From Methanobacteriota archaeon (lineage in GTDB: Archaea > Thermoplasmatota > Thermoplasmata > SG8-5 > JAGLSY01): a DNA stretch of 64,000 bases. Positions within the stretch are counted from its first letter, which is position 1. The number at the start of each line of letters is the position of its first letter. Made by a program: the position numbers and the translations under genes. The notes under the pieces were generated by a model. That model worked only from the letters and a program-made list of their open reading frames with translations. It was not told where the DNA came from and ran no database searches. This document shows positions 19,601-29,774 of the stretch, piece by piece. The stretch is taken from positions 27,336 to 91,335 of the forward strand of contig JAEHCQ010000005.1 in assembly GCA_020696385.1 (NCBI GenBank). Reading direction: 5' to 3'.

Positions 19601-20459
19601 ATCCTAGAATGATGCTGCCGTATGTCTCTGTAAAAGTATAATTGGAGAGCACGACATTCTTGCAATCTGCATATATTATCTGGCCTGGACCAGTTACATA
19701 AGGAGGGGTGTTAGTGTTCTTGAAATAATATATCGGCAACCCTTGAACTAAATTTGTGGTGTAAATATAATGAGTATCCCATTCTTCGACTAAGGTTCCA
19801 TAGATATGAATTCCATTGCTAAGGATATTACCTGAAAATGTATTGTGTTGGGATCGCAACATACGGATATCATCCCAATTGTTGATACTCCACCAATAGG
19901 GAGAAATATGAGTCTCAATCTGATTATTGATGATCAAATTGTAATTGCTTCCATCTAGGAACAATCCATAATATACCGAACTAATTTGATTGTTTTCAAT
20001 AAGGTTATGATCTGAATGAACAGATAGATATATCCCTCTGCTGCAATTATGGATAATATTATTGATAATATCACCATAATCAGTATTCCATAGTTGAATC
20101 CCAGCAGCTTCCCAATATAATCCACTCCAATTAGAATAAGGAAACATCAATGTACAATTTCGGATAATGAAGTTATCTGTCACGTTCCCCAAGTAAATGC
20201 AGGGTCCAAAAATGGTTCCATTGATCTCCCAGTTCTCGATCACCCAGGGATTGCCAGCACTCCCATTCCCACTAGATACTCCATTAGCAAGGGTAAAATC
20301 AGCATTTGAATTTATTCGGATCTCACCGCGAGGTGTAGTTGTAATCACATATGTAGACACATCCTTGGCTTCCGTATTATTAGCATTTGGTTCGGTAAAT
20401 AATATGATGGAACTAAATATCAATAGTACCGATAGCCAAACAGTAAATGCCTTTCTCAT
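16602..20459 (-). CDS. Large cell-surface protein: NosD/PbH1 beta-helix repeats, Ig-like/PKD domains, TSP3-like Ca repeats, TM, Zn ribbon
   Basis: Signal peptide; Asn/Ile-rich NN.I.NN repeats, GGNYWSDY; DNDRDGILD..D.DDDNDG repeats; TM; CPVC..CPIC. Confidence 0.85.
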   Translation of the reverse strand: MRKAFTVWLSVLLIFSSIILFTEPNANNTEAKDVSTYVITTTPRGEIRINSNADFTLANGVSSGNGSAGNPWVIENWEINGTIFGPCIYLGNVTDNFIIRNCTLMFPYSNWSGLYWEAAGIQLWNTDYGDIINNIIHNCSRGIYLSVHSDHNLIENNQISSVYYGLFLDGSNYNLIINNQIETHISPYWWSINNWDDIRMLRSQHNTFSGNILSNGIHIYGTLVEEWDTHYIYTTNLVQGLPIYYFKNTNTPPYVTGPGQIIYADCKNVVLSNYTFTETYGSIILGFCTNGQINDIVIENCSNGIQLFNSDNFMIFDNKLYDQEDAVIITGNNNTVVNNQIAHNSYRGVSFTGNDNVIENNLFMETSIEGQGDRNIIQNNIFSGTRDTGITMKPGNNNSIINNSIDNYDVGIGIRGNKYILIQDNVLINTGIMIRYWYNDIILDWNTHSFINNTINGLPIYYLKNQTDVNIPSDAGQIILANCSDSIIQNFTLMDGSCGILAGYSNNITIQNNTIENEYYGICMESTRNSSISNNLIHGNGYPYNYGYYGIYLYDCFNNFIINNTIWNNFRGLMFSHSDWNMVYHNSFLDNNYGAYDYYSTNYWNNIYPIGGNYWSDYDGLDLMSGPGQNISGSDGFGDSGYDIDSYPAFSSDNYSLMNPVHDHIKPTSSLRSIPRYINSQSELINSTAEDLDGFGLKNVTLWYRHSSFNITWTPWKQYNEDSISQWNWLFDFPEGDGYYEFYSLSEDNYGNFEICKNSSETKTIRDTLNPSSEIIPVPYYHNNGSFNLSIDAHDNLTGLDQINIYYRRSSDNLTWTDYFSHRYAEENNGSWSFKMPSNDGFYQLYSVARDVVGNYEESPSEPPISLCIDTSDPVSKLSFQEDFWHDLGDLYFSWSATDSTSGLQNTMVNINYSYAVHYYYESISLWSRYSADNITWSDWKYEHNNFTYAKWNYTPSYYYDVEANAPNDGWYQFYSIAEDISGNQESPPMNADLFFVVDTTKPNIDINVPRETIEGETTYLWGSNSTDNIGIANSYWSIDYPGHLDNYQNDISYIFEDPGTYRITFTVEDYSGNINSTIEIIVVHGDNDRDGILDVDDPDDDNDGVPDIDDVFPFDADESIDTDGDGIGNNEDTDDDNDGVLDEFDPAPLDETEDGVEEYVSKDQDPMIYIGMLIWLIILLFLAFLFVRKNKDDGPVEDDASFDEDVSSEDDLYEEQATEVENICPVCGFLIDPGLQCPICADDLAIEPEPPHPNQEIIDKIEMAYKDGNLTEEMYLINIKKFKN

Positions 20460-20530
20460 CTTCCTCTTCCTCAGCCTAGTTTAAGAGTTTAGAGTATTTT
20501 AGGGTTGTGGAATATAAGAAAAGAAATAAG

Positions 20531-20788
20531 ATGCGGGGAACCGTGTGAACGATATGCCCTTGGCATGATGTTCACATCGTAGGCCATAAACCCAATTCTC
20601 GAAGCTTACGTCTTGCTTCGAGTCCAGATGAAACATAATGGTGGGTTTACGGCAACCGTTTACTACTTTCGAATCCTATAATGAAAAATGCGGGGAACCG
20701 GATTTCGCACCTACACTTCATTGCGGTGCTCTCTCGAATTTACAAGTAAATTCTCGATCGAACTTCGTTCGAATCCTATAATGAAAAA
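20531..20788 (-). mobile_element. Two tandem structured units (157 and 100 bp), each ending in a copy of the tRNA-Leu 3' end; mobility inferred
   Basis: 37-bp exact repeat at 20668-20704 and 20768-20804; 13-bp copy at 20531-20543; several internal hairpins. Confidence 0.75.
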
Positions 20789-20872
20789 TGCGGGGAACCG
20801 GATTCGAACCGGCGAATCACTAAGAACTAGACCCTGAATCTAGCGCCGTTGACCAGGCTTGGCTATCCCCGC
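20789..20872 (-). tRNA. tRNA-Leu (CAG)
   Basis: GCGGGGATAGCC...CTAGA-TTCAGGG-TCTAG...GGTTCGAATCC...CCCCGCA; long variable arm; CCA not encoded. Confidence 0.95.
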
Positions 20873-20970
20873 ATGGTGTTATGGATAAGCCCTGTAAATT
20901 CAAGAGGTTTATAAAATCTTTGATTGGATTGTATAATTTTCCGCCGATATCCTTATATCATGAAATTATC

Positions 20971-22014
20971 ATGCCGAATACAATGGCCTCACTTGGCGCA
21001 CTCAAAAGGAGCATGGCTCTCACCCTGATCATGATATTCGGACTTCTGTTCGTGTTCATCATGCTGATATTCGAATTCATGATGTGGTACTACAATGGAA
21101 CTATCAATATTATCGGCCAGCTTATTTTGATATTCTTCTTTGTCGGCATCTTCATGCTCATACAATGGGCGGTCTCCCCCGGTATAATAAGATGGGGGTC
21201 CAAACTTCAGTATCTAAAGCCCGGAGAATACCAGTGGCTGGAGCAGGAAGTTAGTCAATTGTCAAAACAGGCGGATATCCCCATGCCGCGATTGGCCATC
21301 TCCCGAGACCCAACACCCAATGCCTTCGTGTTCGGAAGATCAAGAAAGAGTTCCACACTGACTGTCCACACCGGGCTATTGGAGAAGCTCAATCAGAACG
21401 AGATAAGAGGCGTTCTGGCGCATGAGATAGGACATCTGCGTCACAATGATGTCGTTGTCATGACGGTTGTAAGCGCAATACCCATGCTGGCCTGGATGCT
21501 GGCCCGAAGCTTCCTCTGGGGAGGAAGGCGCAACAGGGATGCTGGTGCGATCATCATAGTTGCCATTATCAGTTATGTGGTCTACTTCATATCCCAATTA
21601 CTTATATTGAAGCTGTCAAGACAGAGAGAGTTCTATGCTGATTCTTACTCGGCTGTCGCTACTGGTGATCCGCACAGCCTCAGCTCGGCACTTGCCAAGA
21701 TAACATTCGGACTATCACTATCAAATGAAAAGCCAGGGGCTGCCAGGGCCTTTTATATCGGGGATCCAGTTAGCGCGAAGAGGGAGATCGCCAGCATCAT
21801 GCAGAATAAGAACAAGTACGATCTGGATGGAGATGGGGTTCTGGACGAAGGAGAGCTACAGAAGGCCATGGAGGAGCAGGCGAAGAGTGGGCGCGCCAGG
21901 ATGGAGTTCATGTCCACCCATCCGTCCACATTCAAGAGGATACTGCTTCTCAAACAGATAGAAACTGACATTGGCCATGGTGGGGCCAATGCGAATATCT
22001 ATGATCATATTTGA
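20971..22014 (+). CDS. htpX: HtpX-like M48 zinc protease with an EF-hand insertion
   Basis: PNAFVFG, VLAHEIGHL, SRQREFYAD, STHP; DLDGDGVLDEGE loop. Confidence 0.9.
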   Translation: MPNTMASLGALKRSMALTLIMIFGLLFVFIMLIFEFMMWYYNGTINIIGQLILIFFFVGIFMLIQWAVSPGIIRWGSKLQYLKPGEYQWLEQEVSQLSKQADIPMPRLAISRDPTPNAFVFGRSRKSSTLTVHTGLLEKLNQNEIRGVLAHEIGHLRHNDVVVMTVVSAIPMLAWMLARSFLWGGRRNRDAGAIIIVAIISYVVYFISQLLILKLSRQREFYADSYSAVATGDPHSLSSALAKITFGLSLSNEKPGAARAFYIGDPVSAKREIASIMQNKNKYDLDGDGVLDEGELQKAMEEQAKSGRARMEFMSTHPSTFKRILLLKQIETDIGHGGANANIYDHI

Positions 22015-22105
22015 TCTTTTATTGTTATACAAAACTCTGTACCAATTTCCTTATATAATTGAATTTACAATATATTCATTTAATAACATTGTGGGAGATG
22101 AGTTC

Positions 22106-22471
22106 ATGTTGATCAAGATATATGCAAGAAGGATAAAGGTCTATACAGGCAGGAAGATGGAGCGCAGGGGAAAGTGGGAAAGATATGCCTGCCATGGTGG
22201 AATGTGGGCCGCAGAGGATGGATTCTTATTATACACAAATGATTTTGACATGATAAGCAGGAAGGCTATCTTGCTTATCAAAGAGCTGGCGGAAGAAAAT
22301 GCACATATTGAGGATATTGAAATAAGAATAATGGACATAATGCAGAACAAGCCAGCTATCAACGCCCTGCTTGATAATATCAAAACGATCCCCACGGTGA
22401 AGATCGGGAAGCACAAGCTGGAGGGTGTCCCCAAGAAAGAAGACCTCAGGAAGGCTTTTGGGAATAGCTGA
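22106..22471 (+). CDS. Hypothetical protein, possibly thioredoxin-like fold without CxxC
   Basis: IKTIPTVKIG...EGVP resembles the thioredoxin cis-Pro region; weak. Confidence 0.5.
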   Translation: MLIKIYARRIKVYTGRKMERRGKWERYACHGGMWAAEDGFLLYTNDFDMISRKAILLIKELAEENAHIEDIEIRIMDIMQNKPAINALLDNIKTIPTVKIGKHKLEGVPKKEDLRKAFGNS

Positions 22472-22535
22472 ACTACCTACAAAATAAATTGTACATACAA
22501 ATAGTTTAATATACACTTGTGTCTGGTCACTATCA

Positions 22536-23242
22536 ATGACATCGATCAAAGATAATGATATAGTATTGGCGATAGAGGATCTGAAGAAGGGTAAGCCAGT
22601 CTTCATCTATGATGCCGATGGGCGAGAGGAAGAGACTGACATCGTCATGGTATCTGAATTTATGAAACCAGATGATATCATGCTGCTCAGAAAGGACGGT
22701 GGAGGGCTTATATGCTCCACCGTGACTGATGAGATAGCAGACAAGATGGGGCTTCCATTCATGGTGGATGTTCTCAGAGGAGCGAAGGCCGAGATGCCAC
22801 TTCTGGAAAGAATGATACCAGACCATCTTCCTTATGATACAAAATCCGCTTTTTCACTGACCATAAATCACAAGGATAATTATACTGGCATCACCGACAA
22901 GGACAGGTCTATGACCGCGTCCGAATTTGGAAAACTAGTAAAGCTTATAGGCGATGATGGTTTAGTTACAGGAAGCGGTGTGGATGAGTTCACCAGCAGG
23001 TTCAGAACTCCCGGACACTTGCATTTGCTGAGGGCGGCCAAAGGTCTTTTGGACAATAGAAAAGGCCACACGGAATTGGCAACAGCTCTTTGTCTGATGG
23101 GAAAAATATCACCATCTGCCACCATCTGTGAGATGATGGGGAATGATGGAAATGCCCTTCAGCGACCAGATGCGATGAAATATGCCCAGGACAGGGGCTT
23201 CATCTATCTGGATGGTAAACAGATAATAGAGGAATGGAAAAT

Positions 23243-23255
<13 letters not shown>
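22536..23255 (+). CDS. ribB: 3,4-dihydroxy-2-butanone-4-phosphate synthase
   Basis: DADGREEETD, GGLIC, TGITDKDR, FRTPGHL, GHTE, ICEM. Confidence 0.95.
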
Positions 23256-24198
<943 letters not shown>

Positions 24199-24292
24199 TG
24201 CAGCCAATATATGATAGTATAAATATAATTCACAATATTAAAATAATAATATTAAATTCAAAGAATAATAAAAAGTAAAGGAGGAGTAAAAA

Positions 24293-24694
24293 ATGAAAAT
24301 AGGAATTGTGGTATCGGAATTCAATTACGACATAACCATGAGTATGCTGGAAAGGGCCAAGGCCCATGCGGATTTCCTTGGCGCGAAGGTCGGAGAGATC
24401 ATCCACGTCCCAGGGGTCTATGATATGCCCCTGGCGGTCAAGAAATTGCTTGCAAAGAAGGATATCGATGGTGTAGCCGCTCTTGGAGCAGTCATCGAGG
24501 GCGAGACAGATCATGATGATGTCGTGATCAATCAGGCCAGCAGAAAGTTGACAGATTTGTCATTGGAATTTGACAAGCCTGTTGGCCTTGGAATAACTGG
24601 ACCTGGCATGTCGAGGCTTCAAGCAGAGGCAAGGATAGAGAGAGCGAAGTCTGCTGTCGAATCCATTGTCAAGATGCACAAAGCATTGAAATAA
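24293..24694 (+). CDS. ribH: 6,7-dimethyl-8-ribityllumazine synthase
   Basis: IVVSEFN, VPGVYDMP, LGAVIEGETDHD, KPVGLG. Confidence 0.96.
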   Translation: MKIGIVVSEFNYDITMSMLERAKAHADFLGAKVGEIIHVPGVYDMPLAVKKLLAKKDIDGVAALGAVIEGETDHDDVVINQASRKLTDLSLEFDKPVGLGITGPGMSRLQAEARIERAKSAVESIVKMHKALK

Positions 24695-24705
24695 ACAATA
24701 GGAAA

Positions 24706-24731
24706 AAGCCAGCCATTTGAAAGGCTGGCTT
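24706..24731 (+). terminator. Hairpin terminator of the rib operon
   Basis: AAGCCAGCC/GGCTGGCTT followed by GTTTTT. Confidence 0.7.
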
Positions 24732-24872
24732 GTTTTTATATTTGCTTAATTTATATTATTGTCTATATAATATTGGATATATTATATTGATTAAATATAT
24801 CTGAATATATATTTAATTCAAATTAATATTAAGATAGCGATGTGGTCGAAAGCCAAATGCCCGATCCCTTAT

Positions 24873-25559
24873 CTATTCCTGAATGACTTCGAATCCATCT
24901 TGATCGAATATCAGTGGGAAGTATCCCCTGGCATGGTTGGATTTTCTCATCTTCGCAACACCCAGGAACAGATTGACATTATTATCATCCCTCTTGAGAT
25001 CAAGGTGAATTATTCCATCACTAAGGAAGTCCTCATCCCGGTTCAGATCACCCTGTCTGCTATCTTCTGAAATAATAAATACAGTAACACCCAGCTCTCT
25101 AAGCCAGCCGAAGAATCTGAATAATTCCGCACGCTTGTTCTTAACATCTGCCATGACCTCGATAGCAGGCAATGAATCTGCAACCAAGATCTCATATTCC
25201 ATGCTGGCCTGGATATTCTCCGCATACATCTTGAATATCCTCATCCAGCTCTGCCCTTCCTCGGATGTGTCCACATTGGATTTCAAATATCCCATGTCCA
25301 CTATATTGACCATGTTCTCCACAGCAATATGATCCATTCCAAGCTCGGCCATATGCTCAAGCAGTGAATCTCGTCCTTGCTCGAGGGACATGTATATCCC
25401 TTTCTTACCTTCCTTTAAAGCGTTTTGATAAAGTATATTGTAGCCTATGGATGATTTCATTGTTCCTGGCTTTCCAGCCAGTAAGACCACGTGGCCCTTT
25501 GGTATTCCACCATTCAATTGCTCGTCAAGTCCCTTTATATAAGTTTTCAAACGTTCCAT
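24873..25559 (-). CDS. KaiC-like/RAD55 RecA-superfamily ATPase
   Basis: TYIKGLDEQLNGGIP, GKPGTMKS, DSL, DGIIHL, KMR. Confidence 0.88.
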   Translation of the reverse strand: MERLKTYIKGLDEQLNGGIPKGHVVLLAGKPGTMKSSIGYNILYQNALKEGKKGIYMSLEQGRDSLLEHMAELGMDHIAVENMVNIVDMGYLKSNVDTSEEGQSWMRIFKMYAENIQASMEYEILVADSLPAIEVMADVKNKRAELFRFFGWLRELGVTVFIISEDSRQGDLNRDEDFLSDGIIHLDLKRDDNNVNLFLGVAKMRKSNHARGYFPLIFDQDGFEVIQE

Positions 25560-25738
25560 GGTATTATCCCCTACTGACGTGGTAAATATCTGTTTGTGTA
25601 TAAATATTATCACCATCATTGACGATCTATTAGCGATATTGATGGATTTCAAAAACCATATTACTCAATAGATGATCTTCATCGCACTCTACCGATTGCA
25701 TAAATACTCCTTTTATATTCCCATTATGAGGTCGTGTA

Positions 25739-26851
25739 TTGGTTCCAGGCTCCAAAAAAAGGCTAATCACCATGTTATTGTTGATGGTGATCGTTTTCAG
25801 CATAGGTAATCTTATCTTCAATGTTGAGAGACTGGACATGGGCGACGAGATAATTCTAGATAACCCAGAAGCAGAGGGAGGGGGATCGTACATAGCCTCC
25901 AGCAGCACGATGGCCGAAACTGTCAGATACATGATGATAGGATTCATGGCCATCGGGATCATCATAACCATAGGCGGTATCGTCTATGGCACAGCCACCA
26001 AAGACAAGGAATTCATGAAATCCATCATGTATCCTCTGATAGGTGGTGGGTTGGCAATCCTGCTCATTGTTGGAACATTCGCCTATCTGGAGATCGAGAA
26101 GAGTGAATACACCCAGAATGAGCTTCTGGAAGAAGGCTATACATCATCCAATAGCACAGGAGGCTCTGGAAATTACACAGAGCCATCAAATGTGAAGCCA
26201 GACGGCATGGACATGGCAGTATCTGTTATGTTGGCCATAGGGGCTGTTGCGGGGATAGCTATTGCCATATTCGCCATCAGCCAGATAACCCAACTCAGAA
26301 CTGAATCTTTATCTGGAATAGATATGGAAGCAATGACCGAAGAAGTGGGGCAAACCATCCAGAAAGCGATGGACGATATGACGAGTGGGACTGATGTCAG
26401 ATCGTCCATAATGAGATGTTACAGTGATATGTGCAAGCTGGCGTCCAAGCATGGCATTTCCGATGAAGAGCATCTGACACCCCGTGAATTTGAATCAATG
26501 GTCGGCTCCAGGCTTCCCATAGAAGATGAGAAATTACATGATCTTATACTGATATTCGAGGAAGCCAGATACAGCGACCATGATCTGTCAGAAGAAATGC
26601 GTAATAAGGCCATTATCGCCCTTGGCAGCATAAAGGACGATCTTGTGATCGAGGAAGAAATAGATATAGAGACAGTAGATGAGATTGAGAAAGTGGATGA
26701 CAAAAAGGTAGAGAAGGATAAGAACAAGAAAATAGAAACGGAGAAGAACAAGAGGATAGAGGGGGAGAAAGACAAGGAGAAAGAGAATGACGATGATCAC
26801 GACACGCCCTCGGTCGTGATGATCCAGGTAGGTGATGATAATGGCAAATAA
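25739..26851 (+). CDS. DUF4129-type membrane protein of the MoxR operon
   Basis: Three to four TMs; RCY..M, HLTPREF, LIFEEARYS; charged low-complexity tail. Confidence 0.8.
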   Translation: MVPGSKKRLITMLLLMVIVFSIGNLIFNVERLDMGDEIILDNPEAEGGGSYIASSSTMAETVRYMMIGFMAIGIIITIGGIVYGTATKDKEFMKSIMYPLIGGGLAILLIVGTFAYLEIEKSEYTQNELLEEGYTSSNSTGGSGNYTEPSNVKPDGMDMAVSVMLAIGAVAGIAIAIFAISQITQLRTESLSGIDMEAMTEEVGQTIQKAMDDMTSGTDVRSSIMRCYSDMCKLASKHGISDEEHLTPREFESMVGSRLPIEDEKLHDLILIFEEARYSDHDLSEEMRNKAIIALGSIKDDLVIEEEIDIETVDEIEKVDDKKVEKDKNKKIETEKNKRIEGEKDKEKENDDDHDTPSVVMIQVGDDNGK

Positions 26852-27536
26852 TAATGAAGCCGCTCTTGACAGATCATCATATGTTTCCACACACGTGGAG
26901 ATCACACCATCCGATACCTTGAAACTTGTTGAGGGAAAGCTGATAGGCGAGAGTTTGCTTGGGCCTACTGGCATTAGGGAATTGTTCATCAATGCCCTGG
27001 TTCTCGTGTTCTATCTGGTCCTGCTTTCTATTCCATTTGTTTCATTTGCCTTTGTCAGTGGGGGGATGAGGTGGATAATTGTTGTCATGGTGGTGACAAC
27101 AATCGCCCTCTACACTGTCTATGTTATGAACATGGGCATCCAGAAGAAGGCATGGAAAAAGACGATCATGGAAAAGAAATACTTCTCGGGTGATCTTTCA
27201 CGAGCGAATGACATAATCACAAGGGGAGCTGGCGGATATAGCTACAGCCAGCAGTTGATGAGAGAGATGATGGCGGAAGCCATGATAGAGAAGATCAGAC
27301 TGGGAAGAGGAATGACCACCAGAGAGATCGAGATGGCCATTGATGAGCCTGAAAGATTCAGGGATATCGTTGATGATGAGATTATAGCGACCTTCATACT
27401 GGCCAATCAGAAAAAGGCAGAGGGATGGAGCGATAGGATCTCCCGAAAGAAGAGTGATCGGGAGAAGACCGAGAGCGGTCGTAAATTCATGTTAGAGATC
27501 AAAGATATATTAGAAAGAGTGGAGGACTGGGAGTGA
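26832..27536 (+). CDS. Membrane protein of the MoxR operon
   Basis: Two TMs; overlaps both neighbouring genes. Confidence 0.7.
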   Translation: MMIMANNNEAALDRSSYVSTHVEITPSDTLKLVEGKLIGESLLGPTGIRELFINALVLVFYLVLLSIPFVSFAFVSGGMRWIIVVMVVTTIALYTVYVMNMGIQKKAWKKTIMEKKYFSGDLSRANDIITRGAGGYSYSQQLMREMMAEAMIEKIRLGRGMTTREIEMAIDEPERFRDIVDDEIIATFILANQKKAEGWSDRISRKKSDREKTESGRKFMLEIKDILERVEDWE

Positions 27537-28483
27537 ATATTAATGAACTGGCAGAAAAGTGCAATGGAATAAAGACGGAGGTGGCCAAGGCCATCGTTGG
27601 AAAGGATGATGTCATCGATAAGGTGATACTGGCCACCCTGGCAAATGGCCACATACTATTCGAGGATTTTCCTGGATTGGCAAAGACCCTATTGGCCAAT
27701 ACATTCTCAAGGGCATTGGGCTGTGGCTTCAGAAGAGTGCAGTTCACCCCGGATCTACTTCCTGCGGATATTACTGGATCATATATCCTGAACAGGCAGA
27801 CCAATGAGTTCGAGCTGAGAAAAGGGCCGGTGTTCACGAACATACTGCTGGCGGATGAGATCAACAGAGCCCCACCAAAGACTCAATCCGCTCTGTTAGA
27901 GGCAATGCAGGAGCGCCAGACGACTCTGGAAGGAGATACACACAAACTACCAGCTCCTTTCATCGTTATAGCCACGCAGAACCCCATCGAGTACGAGGGA
28001 ACATACCCGCTCCCTGAAGCTCAGATAGATCGATTCATAATGCGACTGGATATTGGCTATCCAACTCTCAAAGGGGAAGCCGAGATACTTAGAAGAAGGC
28101 GAACCAGGAAGAAAGAGGAAGTTGACATATTAGCTGTCAGCTCACCTCAGGAGATCATCTCGATGCAGGCGGCCATCGAGGAAGTGCATGTTGAATCAGA
28201 TATAGAGGAATACATAGCACAGATCGTGCAGAACACAAGAAAACACGGTCAGGTGGAGGTCGGAGCCAGTCCAAGAGGTTCACTGGCCCTTATGCAGTTG
28301 GCAATGGCACGTGCGGCCATGAATGGAAGAGACTATGTTCTTCCGGATGACATTAAGGGGATGTGTGTGCCGGCTTTGGCCCATAGAATAATCCTCAAGC
28401 CAGATCCATGGATAAAGGGCATCAAGACAGAGGTCATTGTTGACAAGGTCGTCTCTGATATTCCTGTCCCGAAGGTGAAATAA
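27533..28483 (+). CDS. moxR: MoxR family AAA+ ATPase
   Basis: EDFPGLAKT, RVQFTPDLLPADI, DEINRAPPKTQSALLEAM, ATQNPIEYEGTYPLPEAQ.DRF. Confidence 0.96.
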   Translation: MNINELAEKCNGIKTEVAKAIVGKDDVIDKVILATLANGHILFEDFPGLAKTLLANTFSRALGCGFRRVQFTPDLLPADITGSYILNRQTNEFELRKGPVFTNILLADEINRAPPKTQSALLEAMQERQTTLEGDTHKLPAPFIVIATQNPIEYEGTYPLPEAQIDRFIMRLDIGYPTLKGEAEILRRRRTRKKEEVDILAVSSPQEIISMQAAIEEVHVESDIEEYIAQIVQNTRKHGQVEVGASPRGSLALMQLAMARAAMNGRDYVLPDDIKGMCVPALAHRIILKPDPWIKGIKTEVIVDKVVSDIPVPKVK

Positions 28484-28502
28484 CTGAGATGAGTGAATCT
28501 AA

Positions 28503-29774
28503 ATGAGATCGAGAAAAGGATTCTGGATAGTGGCTTCCGCCATAGCCTGTATAGTCATGGGTGTATGGCTTCGCAGTGGTAGCCTTATTGCCATATCCTT
28601 GCCCCTGATAATTTATCTGGTGGTATCGATCACGATGTTCAAGGACCCCAATTACTCGCTGAATATCAGCCGCTCGATAGATGAGAGCAGGGTGATGACG
28701 GGTGACAATATCCAAGTCACGCTTCATTTGAAGAACACCGGAGCAGCTATCCAGTGTTTGGAGATCGAGGATCTCATCCCGCCTTATGTAAAGGTGTCCG
28801 AGGGAAGCAATAAGGCCATTCTGACACTGAAGGAACTCGAGGAATATGATCTCGAGTATCAGATAGTCTGCCCATACAGAGGAAGGTTTGAGTTCAAGGG
28901 TGTGTGGATCAGAGCAAAGGATTTCATGGACTTCTACACACAACAGATGGAGATCAAGCTTCTGACAACGATCTCTGTCACATCCGAGATAGAATCCTCC
29001 AAGGGACTGAAGATCGCACCCAGAAAGACCAGGAACTGGATCGGCATGATCAAGGCTCGCAGAGTGGGTGTGGGTACCGAGTTCTATGGAATTCGGGAAT
29101 ACATTGCTGGAGACGAGCTCAGAAAGATCAATTGGAAAGCATCTGCCAAACGCGACGTGTTAATGACAAATGAATTCGAGAGCGAGTGCAGTGGTGATGT
29201 CACCATCATGCTCGATGCCAGAACAGAAACGAATGTTGGCAATACAGACAAGAACACGGTGGAACATGGAGTGAGAGCCGCCTCCACGATAGCCTCTCAC
29301 ATACTCATGGACAAGAACCGTGTTGGACTTATTGTATTGAGGGACATAATCGACGAGGTATATCCTGCCTTTGGGAAGAGGCAGTATTATCGCATCTCTG
29401 AAAAGCTGATGGATGTCCAGCCAGGAGGGAGCATGCCCTTTGATGATGCTCGCTGGATGGTGACCCGGCATTTCCCACTTGAATCACAGATAATCGTCAT
29501 AAGCCCGCTTGTGGATTACAAGATCGTGCAGAGCATCGCGGATCTCTGTGCCAGAGGGTATGACGTAGTAGTTGTCTCGCCATCTCCGATCAAGGTCGAG
29601 GGGCAGATAATCGAGGCCTCGAATGAGTTGGAAATGGCCAAGAACCTGAAGAGATTGGAAAGAGACAATCTCATTTCAGAACTATATCGATATGCCAGGG
29701 TGGTGGATTGGGATCCATCAGAGCCACTGGCAAAAGCATTGAAGGGGGTGGAAAGATTAAGAGCGAGGTTCTAG
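28503..29774 (+). CDS. DUF58 domain protein
   Basis: EFYGIREYIAGDELRKINWKASA, MLDAR. Confidence 0.92.
   Translation: MRSRKGFWIVASAIACIVMGVWLRSGSLIAISLPLIIYLVVSITMFKDPNYSLNISRSIDESRVMTGDNIQVTLHLKNTGAAIQCLEIEDLIPPYVKVSEGSNKAILTLKELEEYDLEYQIVCPYRGRFEFKGVWIRAKDFMDFYTQQMEIKLLTTISVTSEIESSKGLKIAPRKTRNWIGMIKARRVGVGTEFYGIREYIAGDELRKINWKASAKRDVLMTNEFESECSGDVTIMLDARTETNVGNTDKNTVEHGVRAASTIASHILMDKNRVGLIVLRDIIDEVYPAFGKRQYYRISEKLMDVQPGGSMPFDDARWMVTRHFPLESQIIVISPLVDYKIVQSIADLCARGYDVVVVSPSPIKVEGQIIEASNELEMAKNLKRLERDNLISELYRYARVVDWDPSEPLAKALKGVERLRARF

Noticed and set aside
24730-24840. Very AT-rich spacers (also 14855-14970 and 37200-37315)
   Set aside because: No repeats or ORB-like boxes recognised and no cdc6/orc1 nearby; consistent with ordinary promoter or terminator regions.
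26640-26800. Purine-rich quasi-repeats (gagaag/aagaac)
   Set aside because: Low-complexity K/E/D tail of the DUF4129 protein; no regular period.
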